A stretch of DNA of 64,000 nt, from assembly GCA_965112635.1 (NCBI GenBank), contig OZ218778.1:1440001-1504000 (forward strand). The letters run 5' to 3'. Position numbers and translations under genes: made by a program. Below are positions 32,816 to 42,974 of the stretch, piece after piece. Under the pieces are notes generated by a model, which saw only the letters and a list, made by a program, of their open reading frames with translations, searched no databases and was not told the DNA's origin. Numbering within the stretch: position 1 is the first letter of the stretch; every line of letters begins with the position of its first letter. The DNA is from an uncultured bacterium. Its GTDB lineage: Bacteria; Oederibacteriota; Oederibacteriia; Oederibacteriales; Oederibacteriaceae.

Positions 32816-34204
32816 CTAAAGCAGCTTGAACTTTTCCCCCCGGTAGGGCACCACGACTCCCGTAAACCCAGCGGCTATCATTTTTTCCTGCAGGGCCAGG
32901 GCCGCGGATTCTTCGCCGTGCACCAAAAAGGTCTTGACCGGTTTATGGTTCATCAGCTTGAAATAATTGATGATGTCGTTGTAGTCACCATGAGCGCTAA
33001 ATTCCTGCAGGCAGCGTACTTCGGCCAGCACTTCTTGCTCCTCTCCGTAGATCTTGACCTTTTTGATCCCGTCAGAAAGTCTGCGGCCAAGGGTGTTGGC
33101 AGCCTGGTAGCCCACGAACAGGATGATGTTCTTTGGATTGTTGAGCGAATATTTCAGGTGGTGCAGGATGCGGCCGCCTTCACACATTCCCGAGGCCGAA
33201 ATGATGACCACAGGCCCTTTCATAGTGTTGAGTTTTTTTGAGTCCTCTGGGTCCTTGAGGTAAGTCACCTCTTTGAGCGTAAAGGGATCCTGTCCCTTGT
33301 TGATGAGGATGTGTGTTTCGGTATTCAGGTCTACTTGGTATTTCTTGAAGATGTCAATGGCCTTGATAGCCAGAGGGCTGTCCACATAGATAGGGATTGA
33401 GGGGATTTGGTTGGCGTGCCTGAGGACCGACAAATAGTACAGCATTTCCTGGGTGCGGCCCACAGCAAAGGCCGGTATGATCAACCGCGACTTCCTCTTA
33501 TAGACATCATGGACAGCTGCGGCTAGGTCTGCGTTGGCCGAGGTCATGGGTTTGTGGGTCCGGTCGCCGTAAGTGCTCTCGCAGATAAAATAGTCTGCCT
33601 CCATAGTCTGATGGGGATTGCGCAAGAGGGGAATGCGGTTGCGGCCAATATCACCGGTAAAGTAGAGTTTACGCTCTTTCCCCAGGGCCAGGGAAACCAT
33701 GGCCGAACCAAGAATATGTCCGGCCTCGTCGAAATGGGCGGTCACTTGCGACAGGGGAGAAAAGTTCGTTTCATAATCCACGGGTTCGAAATAGGGAAAA
33801 CAGGCCTGGGCCTCTTCGGTGGTGTAGAGCGGCTCTATGGGAGTGCCGCCTTTTTGCAGGATGCGTTTGTTGAGGAACAGGGCGTCAGATTCCTGGATGT
33901 GGGCGCTGTCCAGCAGCAAAACTTGGGACAACTCCACGGTAGGCGGGGTGGCGTAAATCCTGCCTTTGAACCCCTGTTTGACCAGGGTGGGGAGGTTGCC
34001 GCAATGGTCCAGATGGGCATGGGAGAGGACCACGGCCTTGATCGAGCCGGGGTCAAAGGGGAAATGGGTGTTGATCTCGTTGGCTTCAGCCCGGTGGCCC
34101 TGGAAAATACCGCAGTCCAGGATGATGCTGCCCTCGGAACTTTCCAACAGATGCATGGAACCGGTCACGTTCCTCGCGGCTCCCCAGAACTGCAAATTGT
34201 ACAA
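32816..34204 (-). CDS. MBL-fold beta-CASP ribonuclease
   Basis: 'GAARNVTGS', 'SHAHLDH', 'GHILGS', 'ESTYG', 'SAHGD', 'LVHGE'. Confidence 0.93.
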   Translation of the reverse strand: MYNLQFWGAARNVTGSMHLLESSEGSIILDCGIFQGHRAEANEINTHFPFDPGSIKAVVLSHAHLDHCGNLPTLVKQGFKGRIYATPPTVELSQVLLLDSAHIQESDALFLNKRILQKGGTPIEPLYTTEEAQACFPYFEPVDYETNFSPLSQVTAHFDEAGHILGSAMVSLALGKERKLYFTGDIGRNRIPLLRNPHQTMEADYFICESTYGDRTHKPMTSANADLAAAVHDVYKRKSRLIIPAFAVGRTQEMLYYLSVLRHANQIPSIPIYVDSPLAIKAIDIFKKYQVDLNTETHILINKGQDPFTLKEVTYLKDPEDSKKLNTMKGPVVIISASGMCEGGRILHHLKYSLNNPKNIILFVGYQAANTLGRRLSDGIKKVKIYGEEQEVLAEVRCLQEFSAHGDYNDIINYFKLMNHKPVKTFLVHGEESAALALQEKMIAAGFTGVVVPYRGEKFKLL

Positions 34205-34424
34205 GGCACCTCCCGGGTTTCCCTGAAAAATTATTATTATGCGTTTCCCTGCAGGGATATCCCGCGCCGCAAAAGCTTTGCGGTGTTAGCAAATTAAATA
34301 TGCTGTAAGACTAACAAAAAGCAGGGGCCGGTGCAAGGCGGGAACAAACATCGGGAAAGCACCATTTTATGGACTTAAAATTTTCCTCAAGGTATAATGT
34401 CCCATCAAATTATAGGAGGTTTTA

Positions 34425-35177
34425 ATGTCAGGACATTCCAAGTGGGCCACCACCAAAAGGGCCAAAGCGATTGTCGATGCTAAAAGAGGGAAGACATTCA
34501 CCAAGCTCATCCGTGAGATGACCGTGGCGGCCAAGGTCGGCGGCGGTAATCCGGAAACCAATCCGCGTTTGAGGGCTGTGGTGGACAGGGCCAAAGAAGC
34601 CAGTATGCCCGCGGATAACATCAAGCGGGCCATCCAAAAAGGCACTGGCGAACTCCCCGGTACCACTTATGAGGAAATGGTTTACGAGGGTTACGGCCCG
34701 GGCGGCGTGGCTATGTTGGTCTGTGTGACCACGGACAACAAGAACCGCGCTATCAGCGATATCCGCTCCATCCTTTCCCGCCACAATGGAAATCTAGGCA
34801 GCACCGGTAGCGTCTCTTATCTTTTCAGCAGTAAGGGTTTCATCGTGGTGGAAAAAAGCAAGGCTTCAGAGGATGACCTGATGTCTCTGGCCTTAGACGC
34901 AGGAGCCGAAGATATGAAAACCGCGGAATCCACTTATGAGATCTATACCAAACCCCAGGATTTCGAAAAAGTCAAAAAGGCCTTGGCGGACAAGAAGATC
35001 GAGACGTCCGTGGCCGAGGTCAGCATGATCCCTTCCACCTATGTCCCCCTGCAAGGCAAACAGGCAGATCAGATGCTGGCCCTGATGGAAGAGTTGGAAG
35101 ACCATGACGATGTGCAGAACGTTTACGCTAATTTTGACATCCCTGATTCCGTGGTGGAAGCGGCAGCCAAACAGTAA
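34425..35177 (+). CDS. yebC: YebC/PmpR family protein
   Basis: 'MSGHSKWAT', 'YEGYGPGG', 'DDVQNVYAN'. Confidence 0.96.
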   Translation: MSGHSKWATTKRAKAIVDAKRGKTFTKLIREMTVAAKVGGGNPETNPRLRAVVDRAKEASMPADNIKRAIQKGTGELPGTTYEEMVYEGYGPGGVAMLVCVTTDNKNRAISDIRSILSRHNGNLGSTGSVSYLFSSKGFIVVEKSKASEDDLMSLALDAGAEDMKTAESTYEIYTKPQDFEKVKKALADKKIETSVAEVSMIPSTYVPLQGKQADQMLALMEELEDHDDVQNVYANFDIPDSVVEAAAKQ

Positions 35178-35207
35178 TCCAACCAAGGACACGAAAGTCA
35201 AAAACGC

Positions 35208-35780
35208 ATGGTGATCTTAGGCATTGACCCTGGTACGGCCACGACCGGTTATGGACTCATCCGACTGAACGGCAACCATCTTTTTTACCTGGACCATGGC
35301 GTTATCCTGACCTCCCCTAAGACCCAGTTCGACCAGCGCCTTAGCCAGATCTACGATAACATCCAACACTTGATCCGCAAGTACCAGCCCGGCCTCATGG
35401 CCGTAGAGCAGATCTTTTTTGCCAAAAACGCCAAGACCGCCATGGCCGTAGGCCAGGCCCGCGGGGTGGTCCTGCTGGCCGCGGCCCATGCCGGGGTGGC
35501 TCTGGAGGAGTACACGCCATTACAAGTCAAAAAGACCATCACGGGGTTCGGGCAGGCGGACAAGGTGCAGATTCAGCGGACAGTCAAAGCTATGCTCGGC
35601 ATGCCCGAATTGCCCAAACCCGATGACGCGGCGGATGCCTTAGCCATTGCCTTAACCGCCCTGCACCATCATCCGGTGAGGGAGTTGGAAGCCTTGGCTG
35701 CCCAGAAGGCCGAGCAACAAACCGTGATGAGGGTCAAAATGCGAGGCCGCAGGAAAGGCTCAATAAGGAGAAGGAAATGA
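35208..35780 (+). CDS. ruvC: Holliday junction resolvase
   Basis: 'LGIDPG', 'GQARGV', 'PDDAADALA'. Confidence 0.97.
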   Translation: MVILGIDPGTATTGYGLIRLNGNHLFYLDHGVILTSPKTQFDQRLSQIYDNIQHLIRKYQPGLMAVEQIFFAKNAKTAMAVGQARGVVLLAAAHAGVALEEYTPLQVKKTITGFGQADKVQIQRTVKAMLGMPELPKPDDAADALAIALTALHHHPVRELEALAAQKAEQQTVMRVKMRGRRKGSIRRRK

Positions 35781-36385
35781 TCGCCTTTATCAAAGGAAAT
35801 TTAGCTCAAAAGAGCAGCGACTCGGTTGTTATTGATGTGGCTGGGGTCGGGATGCGGGTCCTTGTGCCTTTGAGAACCGCCAAGTCCCTGCCTGCCGAAG
35901 GTGAAGAGATCACCCTGCAGACCTACCTGGCCGTCCGGGAGGACGCTCTAGTGTTGTACGGATTTTTAAACAAGGCCGAGCTGTCTTTTTTTGAAATCTT
36001 GATGACCGTCCAAGGGGTCGGCCCCAAGAGCGCTTTGAATATTTTGTCCGGGCTGGCACCAGGGGAACTAGCCAAGGCCATCCAGCAAGGCAATGTGGCC
36101 ATCTTGAGGAGCATCTCCGGAGTAGGGCCAAAGCTGGCCGAAAGGCTTGTAGTGGAGCTAAAAGACAAAGTCGCCGATCTCACGGGCAGAGTGGAAGGTG
36201 GCGTTTCGGTCAAAGAAATCACGGGTGATGACCGCTTTGACGAGGCCATGAACGGCTTAATGACCCTGGGTTTCCGCCAGCAGGAGGCCCGGGAAGCTCT
36301 GCAAAAAGCCCTCAAAAAATTACCCCCTAAATTTAAAGTGGAAGATTTGGTTAGAGAGGCGCTCAATAATGCCGCAAGGAAATAA
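35777..36385 (+). CDS. ruvA: Holliday junction branch migration protein
   Basis: 'MIAFIKG', 'VREDA..LYGF', 'GVGPK' HhH motifs. Confidence 0.97.
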   Translation: MIAFIKGNLAQKSSDSVVIDVAGVGMRVLVPLRTAKSLPAEGEEITLQTYLAVREDALVLYGFLNKAELSFFEILMTVQGVGPKSALNILSGLAPGELAKAIQQGNVAILRSISGVGPKLAERLVVELKDKVADLTGRVEGGVSVKEITGDDRFDEAMNGLMTLGFRQQEAREALQKALKKLPPKFKVEDLVREALNNAARK

Positions 36386-36409
36386 CTGGGTAAGATTGGT
36401 AGAAAATTC

Positions 36410-37435
36410 ATGAAAGAAAACGAACGATTGATGGCAGGGTGGAGCACGCCCGAGGATAGCGAAACTGAAAAGGGTCTCAGGCCTCGTACCCTGAATGAAT
36501 ACATCGGCCAGAGCAAGATAAAAGAGAGCCTCAAAATCATGATGCAGGCGGCCAAAGCCCGTAAAGAGCCTTTGGAACACCTGCTTTTTTACGGCCCGCC
36601 GGGCTTGGGCAAGACCACACTGGCCTACATCATTGCCAATGAGATGAAGGTAGACATCCGAGTCACTTCAGGCCCGGTCATTGAGCGCGCCGGGGACCTG
36701 GCCGCGCTTCTCACAAACCTTTCGCCGAACGATGTGCTTTTTATCGACGAGATCCACAGGCTCAACCACACAGTCGAGGAGATCCTGTATCCGGCCATGG
36801 AGGACGGGGTGGTGGATATCATGACCGGCAAAGGGCCGGGGGCCAGGTCCCTGCGGCTCAACCTAAGTCCTTTTACCCTTATCGGCGCTACCACACGTGC
36901 AGGCATGATCACCGGGCCGCTGCGGGAGCGTTTCGGTATGACCCACCGCATTGATTTTTATGATGTTGAGGAGATCAAACAGATCATTTTCCGGTCGGCC
37001 AAGTTGCTCAAGGTCGAGGTGGAGGAACAGGGGGTCTTGGAAATAGCCCGCAGGTCGCGGGGCACGCCACGGGTGGCCAACCGTCTTTTAAAAAGGGTCA
37101 GAGACTGGGCTCAGGTCAAAGCCAAAGGCGTGGTGACCCTGGATGCGGCCAAAAAGGCTTTGAGTATGTTGGAAGTGGACGATCTGGGCTTGGATGCCAT
37201 GGACCGCAGGCTCCTGCTGACGCTTATAGAGAAATTCAAAGGCGGGCCGGTAGGGTTGGACAGCCTGGCCGTGGCTTTGTCCGAGGAAAGTGAAACTTTG
37301 GAAGATGTGTACGAGCCCTTCCTTATCCAGATTGGTTTCCTCCAACGAACCGCCAGTGGCCGCAGGGCTACAGACCTGGCTTACAAACACTTCGGCAAAA
37401 CCGCTTCCAAACAGTCCCAGGAAAAATTATTTTAG
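36410..37435 (+). CDS. ruvB: Holliday junction helicase
   Basis: 'LRPRTL', '[11 protein letters not shown]', 'FIDEIHRL', '[12 protein letters not shown]'. Confidence 0.98.
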   Translation: MKENERLMAGWSTPEDSETEKGLRPRTLNEYIGQSKIKESLKIMMQAAKARKEPLEHLLFYGPPGLGKTTLAYIIANEMKVDIRVTSGPVIERAGDLAALLTNLSPNDVLFIDEIHRLNHTVEEILYPAMEDGVVDIMTGKGPGARSLRLNLSPFTLIGATTRAGMITGPLRERFGMTHRIDFYDVEEIKQIIFRSAKLLKVEVEEQGVLEIARRSRGTPRVANRLLKRVRDWAQVKAKGVVTLDAAKKALSMLEVDDLGLDAMDRRLLLTLIEKFKGGPVGLDSLAVALSEESETLEDVYEPFLIQIGFLQRTASGRRATDLAYKHFGKTASKQSQEKLF

Positions 37436-37444
37436 GATGGTTGT

Positions 37445-37669
37445 GTGCAGAAATTTGAACCAATAGCTAAAATGTTAATTTTTACGGGAGTGGCTCTTGC
37501 GGTCCTGGGTGCTGTTATTCTTTTTGCCGGCAAAATACCAGGAGCGGGGAAGCTACCGGGCGATTTTATGATAAAGAAAGGCAATTTTACCTTTTACTTT
37601 CCCCTAGCGACATGCCTTATCCTCAGCGTTATCCTCAGTTTTATCTTCTGGCTGCTGGGTAAAAAATGA
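37445..37669 (+). CDS. DUF2905 membrane protein
   Basis: 'GKLPGD', 'FYFPLATCLILS'; usual position after ruvB. Confidence 0.88.
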   Translation: MQKFEPIAKMLIFTGVALAVLGAVILFAGKIPGAGKLPGDFMIKKGNFTFYFPLATCLILSVILSFIFWLLGKK

Positions 37670-38886
37670 CAAAGTGGACGCGTTTTAGGTTAGCGGTTTA
37701 CCTCCTTTTGGCAGGGTTTTTCCTCAGCCGCTGTGCTCCCTTGCCCGAGACCAGATATGTTCCGGTCAGCCCGGTTATCACTCCCAGCAAAGGCGTTCCT
37801 GCCCAACAACTTGCCAAACAGATCCTGATAAAGGTCTCTATTCTCCATGCCGAAAACAACCTGTCGTTCAAAGTGGGTCCTAGCCCGGCGATGGTCCTTA
37901 AAGATAAAGGAAGCCGGGAGTTCACCCTGAAACCCGGGGCCAATGTCATAGTATATTGGAGGCCCGAGGGTCTGCTGTTGCAGGGCTCGCCCTTTGCCGC
38001 GGCTAAAACCCTGAGGTTTAGACTGCAGCAGCCGGGAAGTTTCAAGATCAAAGGCCGTTACTATTCTGGAGATATAATCCTGGCATATGACAACTCCAGG
38101 AAACCGCTGATTATCGAAGAGGTCTCTCTGGAAAAATACCTCTACGGCGTCCTGGTGGGTGAAGTTTCCCAAAAATGGCCCCTGGAAACCCTGAAAGCCC
38201 AGGCGGTGGCCAGCCGGACCTTTGCCATTTACTCCATGCAGAAAAGCCAGGGCAGAGATTTTGACATTGAGAACGGGGATATGTCCCAAGTCTATGTGGG
38301 AGTGCCTTCAAGTATCGAGCCTGACCTGGAAAAGGCCATTGCCAGCACAACCGGGGTCATCATGCGCTATCAGGGACAGCCCATTGCGGCCTACTACCAC
38401 TCCACCTGCGGAGGCATGACCGAAGACGCCGCCAATGTCTGGTCCCAGGATATTCCTTACCTCCGTGGAGTGCCTTGCGGGTTTTGCCGGGACAGCAAAC
38501 ATTACTGGTGGAGCGCCAGCATTAATAAGGAAAGGATGTCAGGGATCCTTACCAAAAACCATCTGATTTCCGGAGCCTTGCAGGGGATGAGGATCGCAGA
38601 CCGGACCGTGAGCGGCCGGGTCAATAACCTGGAGGCTTTTACTGACAAGGGGCTGATCAGGATCAAAAGCTCCAGCTTCAGGCTGGCGGTCGGTTCTTCG
38701 GTTATCCGCAGCACTAATTTTGACCTATTTGACCGCGGAGATACCATTAAATTCGAGGGCAAAGGCTGGGGACACGGGGTGGGCCTATGCCAGAGCGGGG
38801 CGTATGGCATGGGCGTGGCCGGTTGGAACTACGCGCAAATCTTACAACACTATTACACCGGCATCGAAATAAGCAGAGTTTATTGA
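37666..38886 (+). CDS. SpoIID/LytB-domain lipoprotein
   Basis: 'LEKYLYGV..GEV', 'LKAQAVASRT', 'GWGHGVGLCQ'. Confidence 0.92.
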   Translation: MTKWTRFRLAVYLLLAGFFLSRCAPLPETRYVPVSPVITPSKGVPAQQLAKQILIKVSILHAENNLSFKVGPSPAMVLKDKGSREFTLKPGANVIVYWRPEGLLLQGSPFAAAKTLRFRLQQPGSFKIKGRYYSGDIILAYDNSRKPLIIEEVSLEKYLYGVLVGEVSQKWPLETLKAQAVASRTFAIYSMQKSQGRDFDIENGDMSQVYVGVPSSIEPDLEKAIASTTGVIMRYQGQPIAAYYHSTCGGMTEDAANVWSQDIPYLRGVPCGFCRDSKHYWWSASINKERMSGILTKNHLISGALQGMRIADRTVSGRVNNLEAFTDKGLIRIKSSSFRLAVGSSVIRSTNFDLFDRGDTIKFEGKGWGHGVGLCQSGAYGMGVAGWNYAQILQHYYTGIEISRVY

Positions 38887-38969
38887 AAATGTTTTATCGT
38901 ACGCCGGGCCCAGACTTTTGCGGTATATTGTTAGGGGTATTCATTTTTACCTAAAGGAGGATTTCTCAA

Positions 38970-40181
38970 ATGAACATGAGCCAGACGATAGGTGTTGTTT
39001 GTTTTGTGCTGGTGGTCATTGGTTTATACCTTTTGTGGGGATATAAACCCCACCGGACCGTGACGGTTGAGGATGAACCAGGTTTGCGCCAAGCCGTAGA
39101 CCAGGCTAAGAACGGCGACGAGATCGTGGTGGCCGATGGTATTTATCACGTGAAAACCTTTCTCTGGCTGAGGAACGTGAGAAATATCGTTCTGAGGGGC
39201 GCTTCCGGTGACCCCCGCAAAGTTATCCTGAGGGGCGTGGGTTTTTACAAGACCATCCCGAAGATAGACAATTTTATCTTGTCGATCCAGGGCTGTACCA
39301 ATGTGACCGTGGAAGCACTTTCTTTTGAAGAGGCCCGGCATTTTGGCATCAAAATCGACGCGGGGACCAGGCCGCGAAACATCAACATCATCAACTGCCG
39401 TTTCCGAAACATCGGGGTCAGGCATATCAAGGGAACCTCCACGCCCAAACATGAAATGGCGGTCGGCGGGTCGGTCCGGAACTGTTATTTTGAAAACGAC
39501 AGCGACAAGGTGCCCCGCAAAGACTGGTATGACAAAGGCAACTATATCTCCGCTATCGACATGCAATGCCTGGACGGCTGGACTTTCAGCGACAACAAGT
39601 ACGTGAATATCAAGGGCCGTACCGGCGGGGGCCGGGCGGCAGTCTTTATCTGGGGCCACTCGCGGAACATCGTGGTCGAGCGCAATATCATCATCGGCTG
39701 CGACCGGGGAATCGCTTTTGGCAACCCCAGCGGGTCTCCCGTGGATGCCCCTTACAACCATGTGGCTTACGGGATATGCCGCAATAATTTCGTGGTCAAC
39801 CAGACGGACAGCGCCATTGAGCTGGCCTGGGTGCAGCATGTCAAGGTTTACAGCAATTCCTGCTGGAGGCCCGATGACAGCGGCCGGGGTATCCGGTGCA
39901 TCGAGCTGGTCAAAGACGCCAAGTTGATCAATAACCTGGTGCGGGGCAAACTGGAAATCATTGACGGGTGCGAAGGATCCAATAATTGCATCCATGCTCC
40001 AAGCAACTATTTTGTAAATCCCAAAAAAGGGGATTTGCACCTGACTTCTTTGGCTAGCGGGGCGATGGGAAAAGGGCTTGTGCTAGCCGAGGTTAAAGAA
40101 GACTTCGACCGCCAGCCGAGGAAGCCTACCCCTGATATCGGCGCGGACGAATATACTCCGGCCAATAAACATGGCCGGTAG
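38970..40181 (+). CDS. Right-handed beta-helix (pectin lyase-like) protein, paralog 1
   Basis: N-terminal TM; Asn/Ile/Cys ladder repeats; C-terminal 'PDIGADEY'. Confidence 0.8.
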   Translation: MNMSQTIGVVCFVLVVIGLYLLWGYKPHRTVTVEDEPGLRQAVDQAKNGDEIVVADGIYHVKTFLWLRNVRNIVLRGASGDPRKVILRGVGFYKTIPKIDNFILSIQGCTNVTVEALSFEEARHFGIKIDAGTRPRNINIINCRFRNIGVRHIKGTSTPKHEMAVGGSVRNCYFENDSDKVPRKDWYDKGNYISAIDMQCLDGWTFSDNKYVNIKGRTGGGRAAVFIWGHSRNIVVERNIIIGCDRGIAFGNPSGSPVDAPYNHVAYGICRNNFVVNQTDSAIELAWVQHVKVYSNSCWRPDDSGRGIRCIELVKDAKLINNLVRGKLEIIDGCEGSNNCIHAPSNYFVNPKKGDLHLTSLASGAMGKGLVLAEVKEDFDRQPRKPTPDIGADEYTPANKHGR

Positions 40182-40211
40182 GCTGACCAAAGCTCTTTTC
40201 GGGGACTGACC

Positions 40212-40487
40212 ATGGCCACGCTGGAACAAAACTTAACCCAAGAGACCACGGCGCTGGACAACCCCTGGCAGGTGGTCCTTTATAACGACGAGGTCCACAC
40301 TTTTGACGAGGTCATCCTACAAATCCAAAAAGCAATTGGCTGTTCGCTGGAACGCGCCGAACAACTTACCCAGATGGTCCACAACAACGGCAGGGCCATC
40401 GTGTATATAGGAGAAAAGGAGCCGGCCGCCAAAGTTAGAACGGTTCTCCTGCAAATCAACCTGCAAGTTTTAATGGAGAGAACCTAG
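40212..40487 (+). CDS. clpS: ClpS-family adaptor
   Basis: 'VVLYNDEVHTFDEVI', 'VHNNGRAIV'. Confidence 0.85.
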   Translation: MATLEQNLTQETTALDNPWQVVLYNDEVHTFDEVILQIQKAIGCSLERAEQLTQMVHNNGRAIVYIGEKEPAAKVRTVLLQINLQVLMERT

Positions 40488-40514
40488 GATGCATGGAAAA
40501 GAGGGAGGGGTTTT

Positions 40515-41705
40515 ATGAGCCTAAGCCAGATATGGGGTGTTGTGTGTTTCGCGATGGTGGTAGCCGGAACTTCTATGCTTTACGGTCAGCAAGACCACCG
40601 TGTGGTACAGGTCACGGATGAAACTGGTTTGCGCAACGCCATAGACCAGGTCAAAGGCGGCGACGAGATCGTCCTGGCCGACGGTGTATACGAGGTGAGC
40701 AAATTTCTCTGGCTGAAAAATGCGGAAAACATCATCATCAGAAGCGCTTCCCGGGACCCTAAAAAAACCATCCTGAGAGGCCAGGGATTTTATAAGGTAT
40801 TCCCCAATAGTGATATTTTGTGGATCGAGGGCTGTGCCAATGTGACCATCGAGGGGCTATCCTTTGAAGAGGCCCAGGATTTTGGCATCAAGATTTACGC
40901 CAGCTCAGAGCCAAAGAATATCAACATCTTGAGTTGCCGTTTTTTTAACATCGGGGTCAGGCATATCAAGGGGACCGCTTCGTCCAAGCATGAAATGGCC
41001 GTGGGCGGGTCGGTCCGGGATTGTTATTTTGAGAACACCGATATTCCTCCGAAAACTTGGCTGTTCGACGGCAACTATATCGCAGCTATAGACATGATGT
41101 GCCTAGACGGCTGGACCTTCAGCGACAACAAGTTCGTCAACATCAAAGGCGCCAGCGGAGGGGGTCGGGCCGCCATTTTCATCTGGGTCGAGTCGCAAAA
41201 TATCACGGTGGAACGCAATATCATCATCGGCTGCGACCGGGGGATCGCATTCGGCAACCCCAGCGGTTCCTCCAATTACGCCGCCAAACATGTGTCCGAC
41301 TCGATCTGCCGCGATAATTTTCTTTCCAATCAAGCGGACACCGGTATCGAGCTGGCTTGGGTCAGCAACGTTAAGGTCTATAACAACACCTGCTGGAGGC
41401 CGGACGAACATGGCAGTGCCATCCGGTGCGTCGAAAAAATTGAGGGCGTAGAGCTGGTCAACAACCTCACGCGCGGGAAACTGGAACTTAAAGAAGGGGC
41501 CGAGGATAATAATAATTTTGACCAAGCTTCGGACGATTATTTTGTGGATCCCCAAAAAGGAGACCTCCATTTGACTTCCTCAGCCGTGGGCGCTCTGGGC
41601 AAGGGGGTCAGCCTGCCTGAAGTCACGGAAGATATAGATAAACACCAAAGAAAGCCACAGCCTGATATCGGCGCTGCCGAATATGAGTCTTCCAGCACCC
41701 CTTGA
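40515..41705 (+). CDS. Right-handed beta-helix protein, paralog 2
   Basis: Collinear with paralog 1 ('CLDGWTFSDNK', 'GIAFGNPSGS'). Confidence 0.8.
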   Translation: MSLSQIWGVVCFAMVVAGTSMLYGQQDHRVVQVTDETGLRNAIDQVKGGDEIVLADGVYEVSKFLWLKNAENIIIRSASRDPKKTILRGQGFYKVFPNSDILWIEGCANVTIEGLSFEEAQDFGIKIYASSEPKNINILSCRFFNIGVRHIKGTASSKHEMAVGGSVRDCYFENTDIPPKTWLFDGNYIAAIDMMCLDGWTFSDNKFVNIKGASGGGRAAIFIWVESQNITVERNIIIGCDRGIAFGNPSGSSNYAAKHVSDSICRDNFLSNQADTGIELAWVSNVKVYNNTCWRPDEHGSAIRCVEKIEGVELVNNLTRGKLELKEGAEDNNNFDQASDDYFVDPQKGDLHLTSSAVGALGKGVSLPEVTEDIDKHQRKPQPDIGAAEYESSSTP

Positions 41706-41751
41706 CTTTGAGTGGTTATATTGTCAGGGCTAGTCCTATGAGGGATGGAAC

Positions 41752-42948
41752 GTGATGAACCCAGGCCAGTTAGTTGGCAGCATTTGCTTTGTTCTGGTGA
41801 TCGTTGGTTTTTTTTGGTTGATCGGCCATAGATCGCGCCGCGTGGTGCAGGTCTCGGATGAGCCGGGACTGCGCAAAGCCATCGAGCTTGTCCGCAACGG
41901 GGATGAGATCGCTTTGGCTGATGGCGTTTATCAGATCAAGAATTACCTAGGGCTGAAGCACGCGAAAAACATCATTCTCAGGAGCACCTCTCGAGACCCC
42001 CAAAAAGTCATTCTTCGGGGTTCAGGATTTTTTAAGGACGGCCAACCCCAGGATTCATTTATCCTTCTGATCCAGGGTTGCACCAATGTGACGGTCGAAG
42101 GACTGACTTTTGAGGAGGCGCGCAGTTTCGGAATCAAGATCGAAGCGGAGAGCAGGCCGAAAAATATCAACATCCTGAACTGCCGATTTTTCAACATCGG
42201 GATCAGGCATGTCAAGGGAACTTCCTCTCCCAAACATGAGATGGCGGTGGGCGGATGTGTCAGGAATTGTTATTTTGAGAACACCAAAGTCCCTCTAAGC
42301 AATTGGATCTATGAAGGCAATTATATTTCCGCGATCGATATGACCTGCCTGGAGGACTGGACCTTCAGCGACAACAAATTTGTCAATATTAAAGGCGCCA
42401 GCGGAGGGGGCAGGGCCGCGATTTTTATTTGGGTCGAGTCACGGAACATCGTGGTGAAGAGGAACGTCATCATCGGCTGTGACCGGGGGATCGCTTTGGG
42501 CAATCCCACGAATTCCTCCAGTTACGCGGACATCCATGTGTCAGAGGGGCTTTGCTGTAATAATTTTGTTTCGGACCAGGCGGACAGCGCCATTGAGCTA
42601 GCCTGGGTGCAGAACATTAAAGTGTATAACAACACCTGTTGGAGACCCGACGACCATGGCCGGGGAATCCGGTGTATCGAGCGTGTTCAGAACACCAGAC
42701 TTGCGAATAACCTTGTGAGGGGTAAACTGGAACTGGTCGAGGGGTGCGAGGGAACCCATAATTGTGTCCATGCGGCCAAGGAATATTTTGTTCAACCTGA
42801 GCAAGGAGACCTTCACCTGACCTCGTTGGCTGAAGGTGCTCTGGGTAAGGGGATCAGCCTTCCAGAGGTCAAAGATGATATCGATAAGTTTCCCAGAAAA
42901 CAGGTTCCTGACATCGGCGCTGCCGAATATTACCCGGTAAGAAACTAA
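41752..42948 (+). CDS. Right-handed beta-helix protein, paralog 3
   Basis: Collinear with paralogs 1 and 2. Confidence 0.8.
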   Translation: MMNPGQLVGSICFVLVIVGFFWLIGHRSRRVVQVSDEPGLRKAIELVRNGDEIALADGVYQIKNYLGLKHAKNIILRSTSRDPQKVILRGSGFFKDGQPQDSFILLIQGCTNVTVEGLTFEEARSFGIKIEAESRPKNINILNCRFFNIGIRHVKGTSSPKHEMAVGGCVRNCYFENTKVPLSNWIYEGNYISAIDMTCLEDWTFSDNKFVNIKGASGGGRAAIFIWVESRNIVVKRNVIIGCDRGIALGNPTNSSSYADIHVSEGLCCNNFVSDQADSAIELAWVQNIKVYNNTCWRPDDHGRGIRCIERVQNTRLANNLVRGKLELVEGCEGTHNCVHAAKEYFVQPEQGDLHLTSLAEGALGKGISLPEVKDDIDKFPRKQVPDIGAAEYYPVRN

Positions 42949-42974
42949 AGGTTTTTATGTATTGATGGGGAAAA

